Source of the DNA: Acidimicrobiales bacterium
Lineage (GTDB): Bacteria; Actinomycetota; Acidimicrobiia; Acidimicrobiales; Acidimicrobilacustridaceae
DNA length: 64,000 nt
Direction of reading: 5' to 3'
Assembly (NCBI GenBank): GCA_037620085.1
Contig: JASJMB010000042.1
Coordinates: 20,851-84,850 of the forward strand
Position numbers and translations under genes: made by a program. The notes below the pieces were generated by a model that was not told where the DNA came from, ran no database searches, and saw only the letters and a program-made list of their open reading frames with translations. Every line of letters begins with the position of its first letter. The first letter of the stretch is position 1. This document shows positions 43,831 through 53,830 of the stretch, one piece after another.

Positions 43831-45072
43831 ATGGAACAGGTCGACATCGTCGTGATCGGCGCCGGTCCCGCAGGCTCGTCTGCCGCGGCATGGGCAGCTC
43901 GTGGCGGCGCGTCAGTCGTTCTCTTTGAAAAGGCAATGCAGGGTCGCGAGAAATCCTGCGGCGATGGTCTGACCCCGCGAGCGGTGATCGAATGCCGCCG
44001 TCTGGGCCTTGATCTCGATCGGTTCCATCGCATCGATGGGCTACGAGTGCAAGCGGGCAGCAAAGTTCGCGAAGTGTTGTGGCCCGACGGAGCGTTTCCT
44101 CCGGTTGGCGCAGTCGCTCCGCGCGCCGAGTTCGACGCAATGGTGATGCAAGCAGCAATTGATTCGGGTGCGGACTTTCGCGAGAACTCGCCAGCCGAAC
44201 TCTGGATCGAAGACGGTCGCGTGTTGGGCGTCATTTGCCATGGTGAAAAGGTGCGCGCTCACCTGACTGTGATTGCTTCTGGTGCTGGTTCCCCGGCAGC
44301 GCGCGCCGTCGGAGCCGCACGTGTTACGTCGTCACCATTCGGTCTTGCTATCCGTGGCTATATCTCCTCGACCCGTTCTGATGATCGCCACATGGAAGCG
44401 TGTCTCACCGTCAAGGGCCCCGACGGCTCGATCGTTCCTGGCTACGGATGGGTGTTCCCTGCCGGTAATGGAATCGTCAATATCGGTGTCGGCGCGTTAT
44501 CGACGATGAAGAACTTTTCTGATCTCAATCTCAACACCATGCTCGATGCGTACACCGCTCAAGTGCGCGACTCGTGGGGTCTTGGCGAGTTCATCGCTCG
44601 TCCAAAGGCGTGGCGGCTTCCAATGCATGTTGAGCACCGCGGCGGTCCCGGTTGGGTTGTTGTTGGCGATGCTGCCGGCCTTGTGAACCCCTTTAACGGG
44701 GAAGGCATCGACTACGCGCTCGAATCGGGCCGTCATATTGCGGAATGTTTCCTCGCCGAACCAGGAACTGCGTGGGCCTCCTATCAAGCAATCATGCGCA
44801 AGGAATACGACCCGTTCTTTGCCACCGCCCGTCGCTTCGCGTGGCTCATCGGCCGCCCCAAACTTCTGCAGTTCCTTCTCGGCATTGCGTTGTCGACCAA
44901 GTTCACCATGAAACTCGTGCTCGACATCATGGCGAATCTGGTCGATATGGAGCACCCCGGTTTGGCAGGCCGTTCGCTCACGATCGGGGGCAAGGTGCTT
45001 TCATTGGCGGATCCGCTTCTTGTTCGTTCACCGAAAAAGCGCGGGAAACGACCAACAACTCCTGTCGGGTAG
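43831..45072 (+). CDS. Geranylgeranyl reductase family flavoprotein (MenJ-like)
   Basis: IGAGPAG, REKSCGDGLTPRA, GYGWVFP, GDAAGLVNPFNGEGI. Confidence 0.9.
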   Translation: MEQVDIVVIGAGPAGSSAAAWAARGGASVVLFEKAMQGREKSCGDGLTPRAVIECRRLGLDLDRFHRIDGLRVQAGSKVREVLWPDGAFPPVGAVAPRAEFDAMVMQAAIDSGADFRENSPAELWIEDGRVLGVICHGEKVRAHLTVIASGAGSPAARAVGAARVTSSPFGLAIRGYISSTRSDDRHMEACLTVKGPDGSIVPGYGWVFPAGNGIVNIGVGALSTMKNFSDLNLNTMLDAYTAQVRDSWGLGEFIARPKAWRLPMHVEHRGGPGWVVVGDAAGLVNPFNGEGIDYALESGRHIAECFLAEPGTAWASYQAIMRKEYDPFFATARRFAWLIGRPKLLQFLLGIALSTKFTMKLVLDIMANLVDMEHPGLAGRSLTIGGKVLSLADPLLVRSPKKRGKRPTTPVG

Positions 45073-45112
45073 GTTCAGGAGTCCCATACGGGGATGAACG
45101 GGGGAGTCGGTC

Positions 45113-45970
45113 ATGGGTAGTTCGCCAGTCGCCATTGTCACGGGGGCAAGCCGCGGGATCGGTCGGGCCGGAGCGCTGGCGCTCGCCGAAGCTGGTTTCG
45201 ACGTTGTCGTAAGCGCGCGCACGGTGCGCGAGGGCGAGGGCGTGGCCGAACCGAACTCGGTTCGTGAAGAAACAACGCTTGCCGTGCCGGGAAGTCTTGA
45301 GCGCACTGCGGAGGAAATTGAAGAGCGCGGTCAGCGAGCCCTCATCGTTCCTATGGATCTCATCGATGTCGCGTCGGTTACCGCTCTGCCCGCCACTGTC
45401 ATGGCTGAATGGGGTCGCATCGACGTGCTGTTTAACAACGCGATCTTCCGCGGCGTTGGCACGCTCGATCGCATCACCGATCTCACTATCGATTCGATGA
45501 CCAATCTTCTCGCCGGAAACTTCATGAATCAGATCCTGCTCATTCAACAAGTGATCCCGCACATGATCGCTGCAGGCGGCGGCACCATCATCGACATGGT
45601 TTCGGGTTCTGCTCGCCTTGATCCGGCTGGTCCTCCGGGAGAAGGTGGCTGGGGCATTCTTTATTCAGCGTCGAAGGCTGCGTTTGGCCGCGTAGCTGGT
45701 GGCGTGAACGCTGAATATCGATCGCAGGGAATCAAAGCGTTCAATGTTGACCCCGGCAACGTGGTCACCGAAGCTCGTAAAGCAGCCAAGCCCGACGACG
45801 AATACAGCACTGGCTATGGCAGCGAACCGGCTGAAGCCACGGGCAAAGTTGTGGCGTGGCTGGCGAGCGATCCCACCGCCGACAAGTTCCTCGGCAAGTG
45901 GATCTTTGCGCCGAAACTTTGTTCCGACCTCGGGTTGCTTCCCGGTTGGACGTTCCAGGCACCGCAATGA
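45113..45970 (+). CDS. SDR oxidoreductase
   Basis: TGASRGIG, PGSLERTAEEIE insert, NNA, YSASK. Confidence 0.9.
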   Translation: MGSSPVAIVTGASRGIGRAGALALAEAGFDVVVSARTVREGEGVAEPNSVREETTLAVPGSLERTAEEIEERGQRALIVPMDLIDVASVTALPATVMAEWGRIDVLFNNAIFRGVGTLDRITDLTIDSMTNLLAGNFMNQILLIQQVIPHMIAAGGGTIIDMVSGSARLDPAGPPGEGGWGILYSASKAAFGRVAGGVNAEYRSQGIKAFNVDPGNVVTEARKAAKPDDEYSTGYGSEPAEATGKVVAWLASDPTADKFLGKWIFAPKLCSDLGLLPGWTFQAPQ

Positions 45971-46419
45971 ACGAACAGGAACGCGCCGATCGATACGAGA
46001 TCCGCAAGATTGTGGATGATTACGCGCTCTTTGCCGACCGCGTCGACAACGAATCACTCGCAGGCTTGTTTGCTCCCGATGGCGTATTGCGTATTTTTGA
46101 GCGCGGGAATCCTGAACCAGTGCGCCAACGGATTGGTCGGAAGGAGATTGCTGAGGCGATCAAGGGTTTGTCGCGTTATGACGTGACGCTCCACGCGGTG
46201 AGCAACCATTACGTCGAAATCGAAGGCGATGTTGCCACTGGCGAAAGTTATTGCCGAGCCAGTCACATTCGATCCGTAGAAGGCGGTGCTCCCGAGGCCC
46301 GCGAGAACTACATCATGAACATTCGTTATCTCGATGAGTTCATTCGTACGACCGAGGGATGGCGCATTGCCAAACGTGAACTCCAAGTGGAGTTCACCGA
46401 AGTGTCGCCAATTCTCTGA
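45967..46419 (+). CDS. SnoaL-like / NTF2-family protein
   Basis: DRYEIRKIVDDYA..AD, LFAPDG, HAVSN, RYLDEF...GWRI; ATGA overlap. Confidence 0.88.
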   Translation: MNEQERADRYEIRKIVDDYALFADRVDNESLAGLFAPDGVLRIFERGNPEPVRQRIGRKEIAEAIKGLSRYDVTLHAVSNHYVEIEGDVATGESYCRASHIRSVEGGAPEARENYIMNIRYLDEFIRTTEGWRIAKRELQVEFTEVSPIL

Positions 46420-46428
46420 GATTGAGCT

Positions 46429-47487
46429 CTAGAGGCCTTGGAGTGTGGCAACCGAAGAGTTACTGGCCAGAGTCAGAGCAAGTGCGGCCAGTTCGGCAAT
46501 GGTGTTCTCGGTGCTTGTGGTGTCCTCGTCAGGACGGGTTGTCTTGATGCGGGCCAGTGCGCCCTCGGTGATGATGGAGAGCTTGAAGACCGCCAGCACT
46601 CGGTAGACATCGATATCGCTGATTGAGCGACCGCTGGAAGCCTCGTAGCGGGCCAGCAGATGATCTCCGGTGGGGAAACCAGGATTCAGGCGGTGGGGCT
46701 GTGGAGAGCGGCTACGCCACATAATTTCACCGGCATCGCCCCAATAGACGCTGACCATGCCGAGATCGGTGAGCGGGTCACCGAGCGTCGACATTTCCCA
46801 ATCGAGGACAGCGACCATTTGGGTCGGGTCGGTACGACTCCACATTGTGTTGTTGAACGAATAGTCACCGTGAACGATCGACGCTTCGGTATGAGCAGGG
46901 ATCGAACGTTTGAGTCGCTTTGCGACCTCATCAATGTCGGGCAATTCCCGTTGTTTTGATTTCTCCCACTGTGTGCACCAGCGGTTGACCTGTCGCTCAA
47001 GAAATCCTGCAGGTTTGCCAAGTTGTCCGAGGCCTACTGCTTCGAAATCAACAGCGTGAAGCCGCGCAAGAACATCAATGAGTTGATCGCTCGCTTCAAG
47101 TGCTTGAGCGTTATCGAGATGGGCAACTTGTTCAGTATCGGAATAGACAATGCCGTCAACGAAGTCCATCAAATAGAACGGAACTCCGACCACCGATTCG
47201 TCTTCGCACATCGCAACGGTCTTCGGCACAGGGACATCGGTGTCGCGTAAACCGGTTTGCACCCGATATTCGCGTCCCATGTCGTTTGCTGTCGCGAGAA
47301 ACGCGCCAACGGGTGGGCGTCGCAGTACCCAATCGTTGGCGTCATCTTGCACTCGGAACGTGAGGTTTGAAGAACCGCCCGACAGATGCGAAACCGTGAC
47401 CGGACCCTGCGCTCCCGAGACGTTGGCCGATATCCACGTGCTCAATGCAGCGGTGGGAACAGCCTTAGCTACCTGTTCGGAGTTCAT
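46429..47487 (-). CDS. APH-family phosphotransferase (ACAD10/11 N-terminal-like)
   Basis: GGSSNLT, VLRRPP, DMGRE, VHGDY..NN, LDWEMSTLGDPLTDLG. Confidence 0.9.
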   Translation of the reverse strand: MNSEQVAKAVPTAALSTWISANVSGAQGPVTVSHLSGGSSNLTFRVQDDANDWVLRRPPVGAFLATANDMGREYRVQTGLRDTDVPVPKTVAMCEDESVVGVPFYLMDFVDGIVYSDTEQVAHLDNAQALEASDQLIDVLARLHAVDFEAVGLGQLGKPAGFLERQVNRWCTQWEKSKQRELPDIDEVAKRLKRSIPAHTEASIVHGDYSFNNTMWSRTDPTQMVAVLDWEMSTLGDPLTDLGMVSVYWGDAGEIMWRSRSPQPHRLNPGFPTGDHLLARYEASSGRSISDIDVYRVLAVFKLSIITEGALARIKTTRPDEDTTSTENTIAELAALALTLASNSSVATLQGL

Positions 47488-47542
47488 GCGATGTGAATCG
47501 GCAGACTTGAGCGACGGATGGTCACTCGATGAGTTCCGCGAC

Positions 47543-48367
47543 TCACCACAGTTCGTTGGCGTAGGTATCGGTGCCAACCACAGTGCGGAAGAACGGTGCG
47601 ACCAAATGGATATCGGCGAGGCCAGCGGCTTCGACGGCCTCGGTGTAGGACTTCATGCGTTTCGTGGCTTTGGTGACATCGCCGCGAACGAAGATGACCT
47701 GAACGAGCCGCTCGGTACCCCCGGCCGGTGTGCCGAGATCCATGGGCTGATCAGCGGCTGGCGTTGCCACTGGCTGCCACGAAGACACCAACTCAATGTC
47801 GGAATCATTCATGAGATCGGCGTAGATACCGGCCTTCTCAATATCGGCGTGAACGCTCTTGGCTGTATGGCCGTCGCGTGCGTCGAAGAACACCGTGAAT
47901 ATGCCGTCGTACGCGCTGTCAAGAGCGACATCAACCGGAACGCCATCGGCGTCGCGATTTGCTGAACCAATGAAGTCGAACAGGTTTGTGTGGGTGTGCT
48001 TGCGCTCGGGGAATCCGCGGTTGTTGGTGTAGAGCCACGTAACGCGCTCGGTGCTCCAGTTGTTCCAGTCATCGTGGTGTCCGCCTTCGATCCAGTAGAT
48101 CGCCACATACGAACCTGAATCAGTGGGGTTGGCGACGGCGGTGTCACCTTCGGGCCAGCGAAGATCTTTAAGGCTTCGCGTGGCAACCCAGCGTGAACCT
48201 GACATCTGATGCGGGGCCACCATGCAGCCTGCGTAAAAGTGATCTCGCTCGTACCAGCGGTTGTATGCAGATTCGAAACCGGAGTTGGGGTCAACCATCG
48301 TGAGCAACATGGATCCGACCTTCATCGGGTAGTCGTGGAGGCCGCCTGGGTCGAGTGGGTATGCCAT
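47543..48367 (-). CDS. Hypothetical protein, EthD/DUF4286-like alpha-beta barrel
   Basis: FESAYNRWYERDH and YVAIYWI resemble the dimeric alpha-beta barrel family; RBS aagga. Confidence 0.65.
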   Translation of the reverse strand: MAYPLDPGGLHDYPMKVGSMLLTMVDPNSGFESAYNRWYERDHFYAGCMVAPHQMSGSRWVATRSLKDLRWPEGDTAVANPTDSGSYVAIYWIEGGHHDDWNNWSTERVTWLYTNNRGFPERKHTHTNLFDFIGSANRDADGVPVDVALDSAYDGIFTVFFDARDGHTAKSVHADIEKAGIYADLMNDSDIELVSSWQPVATPAADQPMDLGTPAGGTERLVQVIFVRGDVTKATKRMKSYTEAVEAAGLADIHLVAPFFRTVVGTDTYANELW

Positions 48368-48449
48368 GTTTTCCTTCGCTTTCGAACACGGGTGCAACGC
48401 CCCCTAGTGGGACTGAAACTAGCCGCTTGAAATGCCGGGTGACGCGCCG

Positions 48450-49268
48450 TTAGTGCTCGGCAGTCCCGACCACTGACACCCTGTACATAAGGCGACGGCC
48501 GGGGAAATCGTTGAGCACTCGATGCATCGTTGAGCGGTTGTCCCACATCAGCAGATCGCCCTCTCGCCAGTGATGGCGATAGGTGAAGTGTTCCTTGACC
48601 GAATGCTGGAAGAGGAACGCGAGGACTGCGTCGCTTTCATCGGGCGGGAGACCAACAATGTGACGGGTATAGGTCGGGTTGACGAACAAACTCTTGGCAC
48701 CGGTTTCGGGATGGACACGAACGACGGGGTGGGCGGTGCGGCGATCTTGGACAATTGCTGCGGCGTAGTGCTCTGGTGTGGCATTGCCAAAGCGATAGCG
48801 AAGCTCGGTGGTGCGGCTGAGGTCGTGAATAGCGGTGAGGCCGTCGAGGTACAGCTTCATGTTCGGCGAGAGAGCGTTGTAAGCCGCAGATGTCGATGCA
48901 AACATCGTGTCGCCGCCAACTTCGGGAAGTGTTTTTGCGTGGGTAAGCGTTCCCATCGGCGGATGAGGAAGGAACGTTTCGTCGGTATGCCACATTGACG
49001 CGGTGTTTCCCTCGTCAGAATCGAGGACGCTGACGTGTTCGAGCCCAGGTCCAAGGTTGGGGAAGAACGCATGGATTTCGATCTCACCGATCCGGCGCCC
49101 AAGCGCCACGTGCTGTTCGGGAGCGAGGTTGGGGGCGTGGATCACCAAGACTTGGTTCTCGACCAAAGCCGAGTGCACCGCGTCGAGGGTTTCATCGTCG
49201 AAATCGGAGGTGAGATCGAGGCCGGTGATTTCGGCACCAAGCGCAGGGGTGAGTCGGCGGATCTGCAT
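48450..49268 (-). CDS. TauD/TfdA Fe(II)/2-oxoglutarate dioxygenase
   Basis: LGAEITGLDL, WHTDETF, GGDTMFA, HPVVRVHPETG, WDNRSTMHR. Confidence 0.93.
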   Translation of the reverse strand: MQIRRLTPALGAEITGLDLTSDFDDETLDAVHSALVENQVLVIHAPNLAPEQHVALGRRIGEIEIHAFFPNLGPGLEHVSVLDSDEGNTASMWHTDETFLPHPPMGTLTHAKTLPEVGGDTMFASTSAAYNALSPNMKLYLDGLTAIHDLSRTTELRYRFGNATPEHYAAAIVQDRRTAHPVVRVHPETGAKSLFVNPTYTRHIVGLPPDESDAVLAFLFQHSVKEHFTYRHHWREGDLLMWDNRSTMHRVLNDFPGRRLMYRVSVVGTAEH

Positions 49269-49356
49269 GGGGTGATGTTGACACTTTTCCGGTCCACTCG
49301 TAGGTTCGCTGCACCGGCTGCCGGGTGGCGGCCCTTGATCTTGGGGGATTGGTTCC

Positions 49357-50160
49357 ATGACAAATCTGTTTAGTTATTCCGGCAAGCGCGTCGTTCTCAC
49401 GGGAGGCGCTACTGGTATTGGTGCCGCACTCGCTGAACTGCTGGGTGAACTCGGTGTCGAACACCTCACCATTCTCGACATCAAGGCCCCAACCGGCCGA
49501 TGCGACACATTCATCGAAGTCAATCTCGCTGACCCCGCTTCGGTCGATGCTGCAATCGCGCAGATTGAAGGACCAATCGATGTGCTGTTCTCGAATGCAG
49601 GCGTCGCCGCCAATGCTGGAGTTCGCACCTGCATGGCAGTCAACGTCGCGGCGTCGCGTCGGCTCACCGACGGACTCATTGATCGAATCACTAAGGGCGG
49701 AACAATTGTGTACACCGCTTCAATGGCAGGAAACGGTTGGCCTGCGCAGGTTGCTGAAATCACCGAGCTTCTCGAAATCGCCGACTGGGACGCGTTTCTT
49801 GATTGGTGCGAGGCGCACCCTGAGGTTGTCAACGATGTGTATGCCTTCTCAAAGATGTGCATGCAGGTTTACACAATGCGTCGTTCGTATTCGGCAATTC
49901 GAAATGGCATTCGCATCAACAGCATCTGTCCGGCTCCGGTTGATACGCCGCTGATGGCAGATTTCAAAGTGTCAATGGGCCAAGACGCGATTGATTGGGC
50001 TGTCGGCGTTCAGGGAAATGGCCGGATGGCCGTCGCCACCGACATTGCTCCTTCGCTTGCCTTCATGGGCAGCGACGCCGCTGCGTTCATTAACGGTGAG
50101 AATCTCCACGTCGATAGTGGTCTGAGCTCGGCCATGGTTACGGGTCTGGCGTTTAGTTGA
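49357..50160 (+). CDS. SDR (coniferyl-alcohol / 3-alpha-HSD-like)
   Basis: TGGATGIG, ASMAG..W, YAFSK, PAPVDTPL. Confidence 0.88.
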   Translation: MTNLFSYSGKRVVLTGGATGIGAALAELLGELGVEHLTILDIKAPTGRCDTFIEVNLADPASVDAAIAQIEGPIDVLFSNAGVAANAGVRTCMAVNVAASRRLTDGLIDRITKGGTIVYTASMAGNGWPAQVAEITELLEIADWDAFLDWCEAHPEVVNDVYAFSKMCMQVYTMRRSYSAIRNGIRINSICPAPVDTPLMADFKVSMGQDAIDWAVGVQGNGRMAVATDIAPSLAFMGSDAAAFINGENLHVDSGLSSAMVTGLAFS

Positions 50161-50165
50161 TCGCC

Positions 50166-51113
50166 ATGCATCCCGAAGACGAATTTCATACGCCCACAAC
50201 TGACGATCCGGAGTGGACTGAAACTTGTTGGTTCACGTTTGCTGTTCCCGAACGCAATTTGTCGGGCCAGCTCTACCCGTATTTCAAGACAAATCAGGGC
50301 GTGGCTGCGGGCGGCGCGTTCTTTTGGGATGGACGTAACGAGCGACCAGAAACCTGTGTGTACGCCAAGCAGTTCTGGCACCTCCCGTTAGGGGATCAGA
50401 AACTGACCGATCTCACGCTCGCCAATAGCATTCGTTACGAATGCCTCGAGCCGCAGAAGAAGTGGCGCGTTCGCTACGACGATCCCGATGGTGGCGATGA
50501 GATTCATGTCGACCTCACGGTCACTGGCATCGTTGCCCCCAACATGCTGGGTGAATCGCATGTCGACCAACCATGCCGTTACCAGGGCACGATTGTTTTG
50601 CACGGTGAAACGATTGCGGTTGACGCCTACGGGTTTCGCGATCGTTCTTGGGGGCCGCGTCCGCAGTTCGGCCAGGGCATCCATGGGGGAGCGACGATGC
50701 GAGGCGGTTACAGCTATGCCACCGCTTCTGACACGCACGCATTTCATGCGATCACCATGGATTTCGGCACCGGAGCCATTGCGATCCACGGTTCGTACAT
50801 GGTCGATGGCGAGTGGGCGAAGTTGAAAAGTGGCGAACGCCGAGTGATCGAACGCGATCGTGAAGGTTTCCCGCTTGTCGTGGAACTCGATGGCGTCGAT
50901 GAACTCGGTCGATCGTTCAATGCTCGTGGCGAAACGACAAACTCTCTTGGTTTCCTGATTAATCCGAATCTGTACACCATCAATTGTCTGACCCGTTGGT
51001 CATTCGATGGCATCACCACTTGGGGCGAAGATCACGACAACCATTCGTTTTCCGACGCTCGCCGCTTGTTTCGCGAAGCGCGGGGCCAATCCCTCTGGAC
51101 TATTCCATTGTGA
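50166..51113 (+). CDS. Hypothetical beta-rich protein (AttH/CrtC lipocalin-like fold suspected)
   Basis: DEFH, WTETCWFTF, HVDQP..YQGTI, GFRDRSWGPR. Confidence 0.7.
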   Translation: MHPEDEFHTPTTDDPEWTETCWFTFAVPERNLSGQLYPYFKTNQGVAAGGAFFWDGRNERPETCVYAKQFWHLPLGDQKLTDLTLANSIRYECLEPQKKWRVRYDDPDGGDEIHVDLTVTGIVAPNMLGESHVDQPCRYQGTIVLHGETIAVDAYGFRDRSWGPRPQFGQGIHGGATMRGGYSYATASDTHAFHAITMDFGTGAIAIHGSYMVDGEWAKLKSGERRVIERDREGFPLVVELDGVDELGRSFNARGETTNSLGFLINPNLYTINCLTRWSFDGITTWGEDHDNHSFSDARRLFREARGQSLWTIPL

Positions 51114-51943
51114 ATGCTGAAATTCGAACTGCACTTGTTACCGGTGCCAGCAGAGGCATTGGTCGAGCTACTGCGATTGCGCTGGCACAGGCAGGTTTCG
51201 ATGTGGCGATTACGGCCCGAACAGTTGTCGATGGCGATCCGACCGCTGTCACTGATGACGGGAAGATACTGCCGGGAAGTTTGGCCTCGACCGCAGCTGA
51301 GATCGAAGCGCTCGGACAACGTGCGGTGCAGATTCCGCTTGATCTTCTGGATCGCGACGCCCTCGTGCCTGCAGTTGAATCGGCAATTTCTGGGCTTGGA
51401 CATCTTGATGTAGTTGTGAACAACGCGATCTTTGTGAGTGGCGGCGGGCCCAAGTATTTCCTCGATACCGACCCAGAAGATCTCATCAATCAGATGTGGG
51501 GTGACCTCACCGCACAACTGTTATTGCTGCAGCCGCAGGTTGCGCACATGATCTCGCGAGGCGGCGGAACCGTGATCAACATTGGTTCCGGTTCGGGAAA
51601 GTGGAAGTTGAAGTTCCCAATCGGCCAGGGCGGTCCGCAATTGGCCTACTGCGCATCGAAGGCGGGCTTTCATCGGGCTGCAGATCGTTTGGCCTTTGAA
51701 TATGGCGATCAAGGAATTGTTGCGTTCACCGTTGATCCAGGATTCGTTGCGACCGAACGCACGAAGATGGTCACCGAACTCGGCGAGATTGCTGCGCGAG
51801 GTGTTGAGCCGTCAATCGTTGGTGAGGCGATTGTTTGGTTAGCCACTACTGGTGCGGCAACAGAAAAGAACGGCAGTTATCACGAGGCTCAAGCAATCGC
51901 TCGCAACCTTGGTCTCTTGCCGCCATTGCCTGAGACCGATTGA
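51110..51943 (+). CDS. SDR oxidoreductase
   Basis: TGASRGIG, PGSLASTAAEIE insert, YCASK, VDPGFVATER; GTGA overlap. Confidence 0.9.
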   Translation: MNAEIRTALVTGASRGIGRATAIALAQAGFDVAITARTVVDGDPTAVTDDGKILPGSLASTAAEIEALGQRAVQIPLDLLDRDALVPAVESAISGLGHLDVVVNNAIFVSGGGPKYFLDTDPEDLINQMWGDLTAQLLLLQPQVAHMISRGGGTVINIGSGSGKWKLKFPIGQGGPQLAYCASKAGFHRAADRLAFEYGDQGIVAFTVDPGFVATERTKMVTELGEIAARGVEPSIVGEAIVWLATTGAATEKNGSYHEAQAIARNLGLLPPLPETD

Positions 51944-51958
51944 TCCGCTCGTTGCGAA

Positions 51959-52924
51959 TTAGAGGTTGGGGGCAACCTGCGTACACGTGAGTTCTACGTG
52001 TCGTTCGACGAGTTCGTCGGGCATGCCGGCAACGCTGGCCCACAGGTAGACGTGTTCCACCGGTGAACCATCGGTCGCTTCATGTATGGCCGCCACGGCA
52101 TCGGTGGGAGTGAGCACTCGAAGCCCAGGAATCTGGCCGGTCTTTGCCGCACCACCGCGCAATTTGTCGATGGTGATTTCGCGTGGGGCATCGTGCCCCG
52201 ACCCTGCAGCGGCGGCGGCACGGTAGGAGTTCAATTGGTGTGCGTAGTGGGGAAGGATGCGTTCGAACGCTGTTTCCGGGTCGTCGGCGACGATGATGTC
52301 GAGCATTCCGCCGGTGCGAGCAACCGAAGGATCGTGACCGCCTTCAACGAGACCTTCGCGGTAGGGCTCAAGCAATGCTCGATCGAGACTCAAGAGGCCT
52401 ACACCGAGCCGACCAGCGCGCTTGGCGCCCTGGGGTCCCTGGTAGCCAAGCCAGATTGGGAACGGATTCTGCGCCGCTGGGGGAGTGACGATGCCGTTGT
52501 CGAGAAGGTGGCGAATCTCGGCGACCGCGGCGTCGGTGAGTCCGTAGCGCTTTGTGATGTCTGTGTTGTAGAGCTCGAACTCCGGAGAGCTGTAACCAGC
52601 TCCGATTCCGAGTTCGAGTCGACCGCCAGATAACTGATCGATGACTGCGACCTCTTCGGCGACAAGAGCCGCCGGCCGCAGAGCGGCTAAGAGAACGGCC
52701 GTTCCGATTCGGACACGCGATGTTCTCGCGGCAGCAGCTGCAGCAAATGTCAGGGGCTGGGGCAGATAGCCGTCGGCGAAGAGGTGGTGTTCAGAGAACC
52801 ACACTGATGCTGCGCCGAGCCGTTCGGCCTCGACAACAAGATCAAGTGCACGTCCGTACACCTCGGGCCAAGGGCGCTCCCAAGGTTCAGGGTTGCGCAG
52901 GTCGAAGTAGAGACCGAGTTTCAA
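51959..52924 (-). CDS. LLM-class flavin-dependent oxidoreductase
   Basis: WFSEHH, PQPL, RIGTAV, AEEVAVIDQLSGGRLELGIGAGY. Confidence 0.92.
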   Translation of the reverse strand: MKLGLYFDLRNPEPWERPWPEVYGRALDLVVEAERLGAASVWFSEHHLFADGYLPQPLTFAAAAAARTSRVRIGTAVLLAALRPAALVAEEVAVIDQLSGGRLELGIGAGYSSPEFELYNTDITKRYGLTDAAVAEIRHLLDNGIVTPPAAQNPFPIWLGYQGPQGAKRAGRLGVGLLSLDRALLEPYREGLVEGGHDPSVARTGGMLDIIVADDPETAFERILPHYAHQLNSYRAAAAAGSGHDAPREITIDKLRGGAAKTGQIPGLRVLTPTDAVAAIHEATDGSPVEHVYLWASVAGMPDELVERHVELTCTQVAPNL

Positions 52925-52932
52925 CTCGGGGC

Positions 52933-53775
52933 TCAGGCGCCGACGGGCTTTTTGGCAACGAGTGCGTCGTGACCGATGGCGGGTTCAATGAATGAGCGGA
53001 AGTCGGGCCCACGGCGCAAGTGGTGTCCGCCATCACAGTTGATTGCGGTGCCGGTGATCCAGCGAGATTCATCGCTGAGAAGGAAACGAGCGAGGTTGGC
53101 AACGTCTTCGGGTTCGCCGACGTCGCCCAGAGGCGTGTTGACGATGTAGGAGTCGTAGACGGCCGATTCGCGCGGAATGCCTTCCATGATTTCGGTGGAG
53201 ATGAAACCAGGACGAATTGCGTTGAAGCGAACCTTCACTTCACCAAATTCATCGGCCGCGTTCTTCATCATTTCTTCGATGCCCGCTTTAGCGACGCAAT
53301 AGGCACCGAACATGACGTGTGTCTTGTGCCCTGCAAGTGATGACATGCCCACGAATGAACCTCCGCCAGCGGCGACAAGGTGGGGAACCGAATGCTTCAC
53401 TGACAACATTGTTCCGAGAACGTTGAGGTGAAGTACGCGAATGAATTCTTCGGTGTCGAGCAAGTGGTATGGACCCATTCCGCCGCCACCGCCGGCGTTG
53501 GCGATAAACCCATCGAGACGCCCGAATGCATCAACGTGGCCCGCAACAAGTGCGGCAACATCGGTTTCAACTGTGACATCGGTGACCTGATGACGGATCT
53601 GGCCAGAGGCCCCGCTGGCCTTGATGCGATCGACAACCTCAGTGAGTTTGCTTTCGGTGCGACCACAAATCGTGACGTTCGTTCCATCTTCAGCGAGACG
53701 TGTTGCGCACGCTGCACCGATACCAGTGCCGCCGCCGGTGACGATTGCGGTACGACCTGCGATTGATGAAGACAT
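52933..53775 (-). CDS. SDR oxidoreductase
   Basis: TGGGTGIG, ANAGG, YCVAK, NAIRPG, DGGHHLRRGPD. Confidence 0.92.
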   Translation of the reverse strand: MSSSIAGRTAIVTGGGTGIGAACATRLAEDGTNVTICGRTESKLTEVVDRIKASGASGQIRHQVTDVTVETDVAALVAGHVDAFGRLDGFIANAGGGGGMGPYHLLDTEEFIRVLHLNVLGTMLSVKHSVPHLVAAGGGSFVGMSSLAGHKTHVMFGAYCVAKAGIEEMMKNAADEFGEVKVRFNAIRPGFISTEIMEGIPRESAVYDSYIVNTPLGDVGEPEDVANLARFLLSDESRWITGTAINCDGGHHLRRGPDFRSFIEPAIGHDALVAKKPVGA

Positions 53776-53830
53776 GTGTTTCTCCGTGAAGGGTGTGGTT
53801 GGCTTTAGAACTGTTAGTAAGCGCTGTGAG

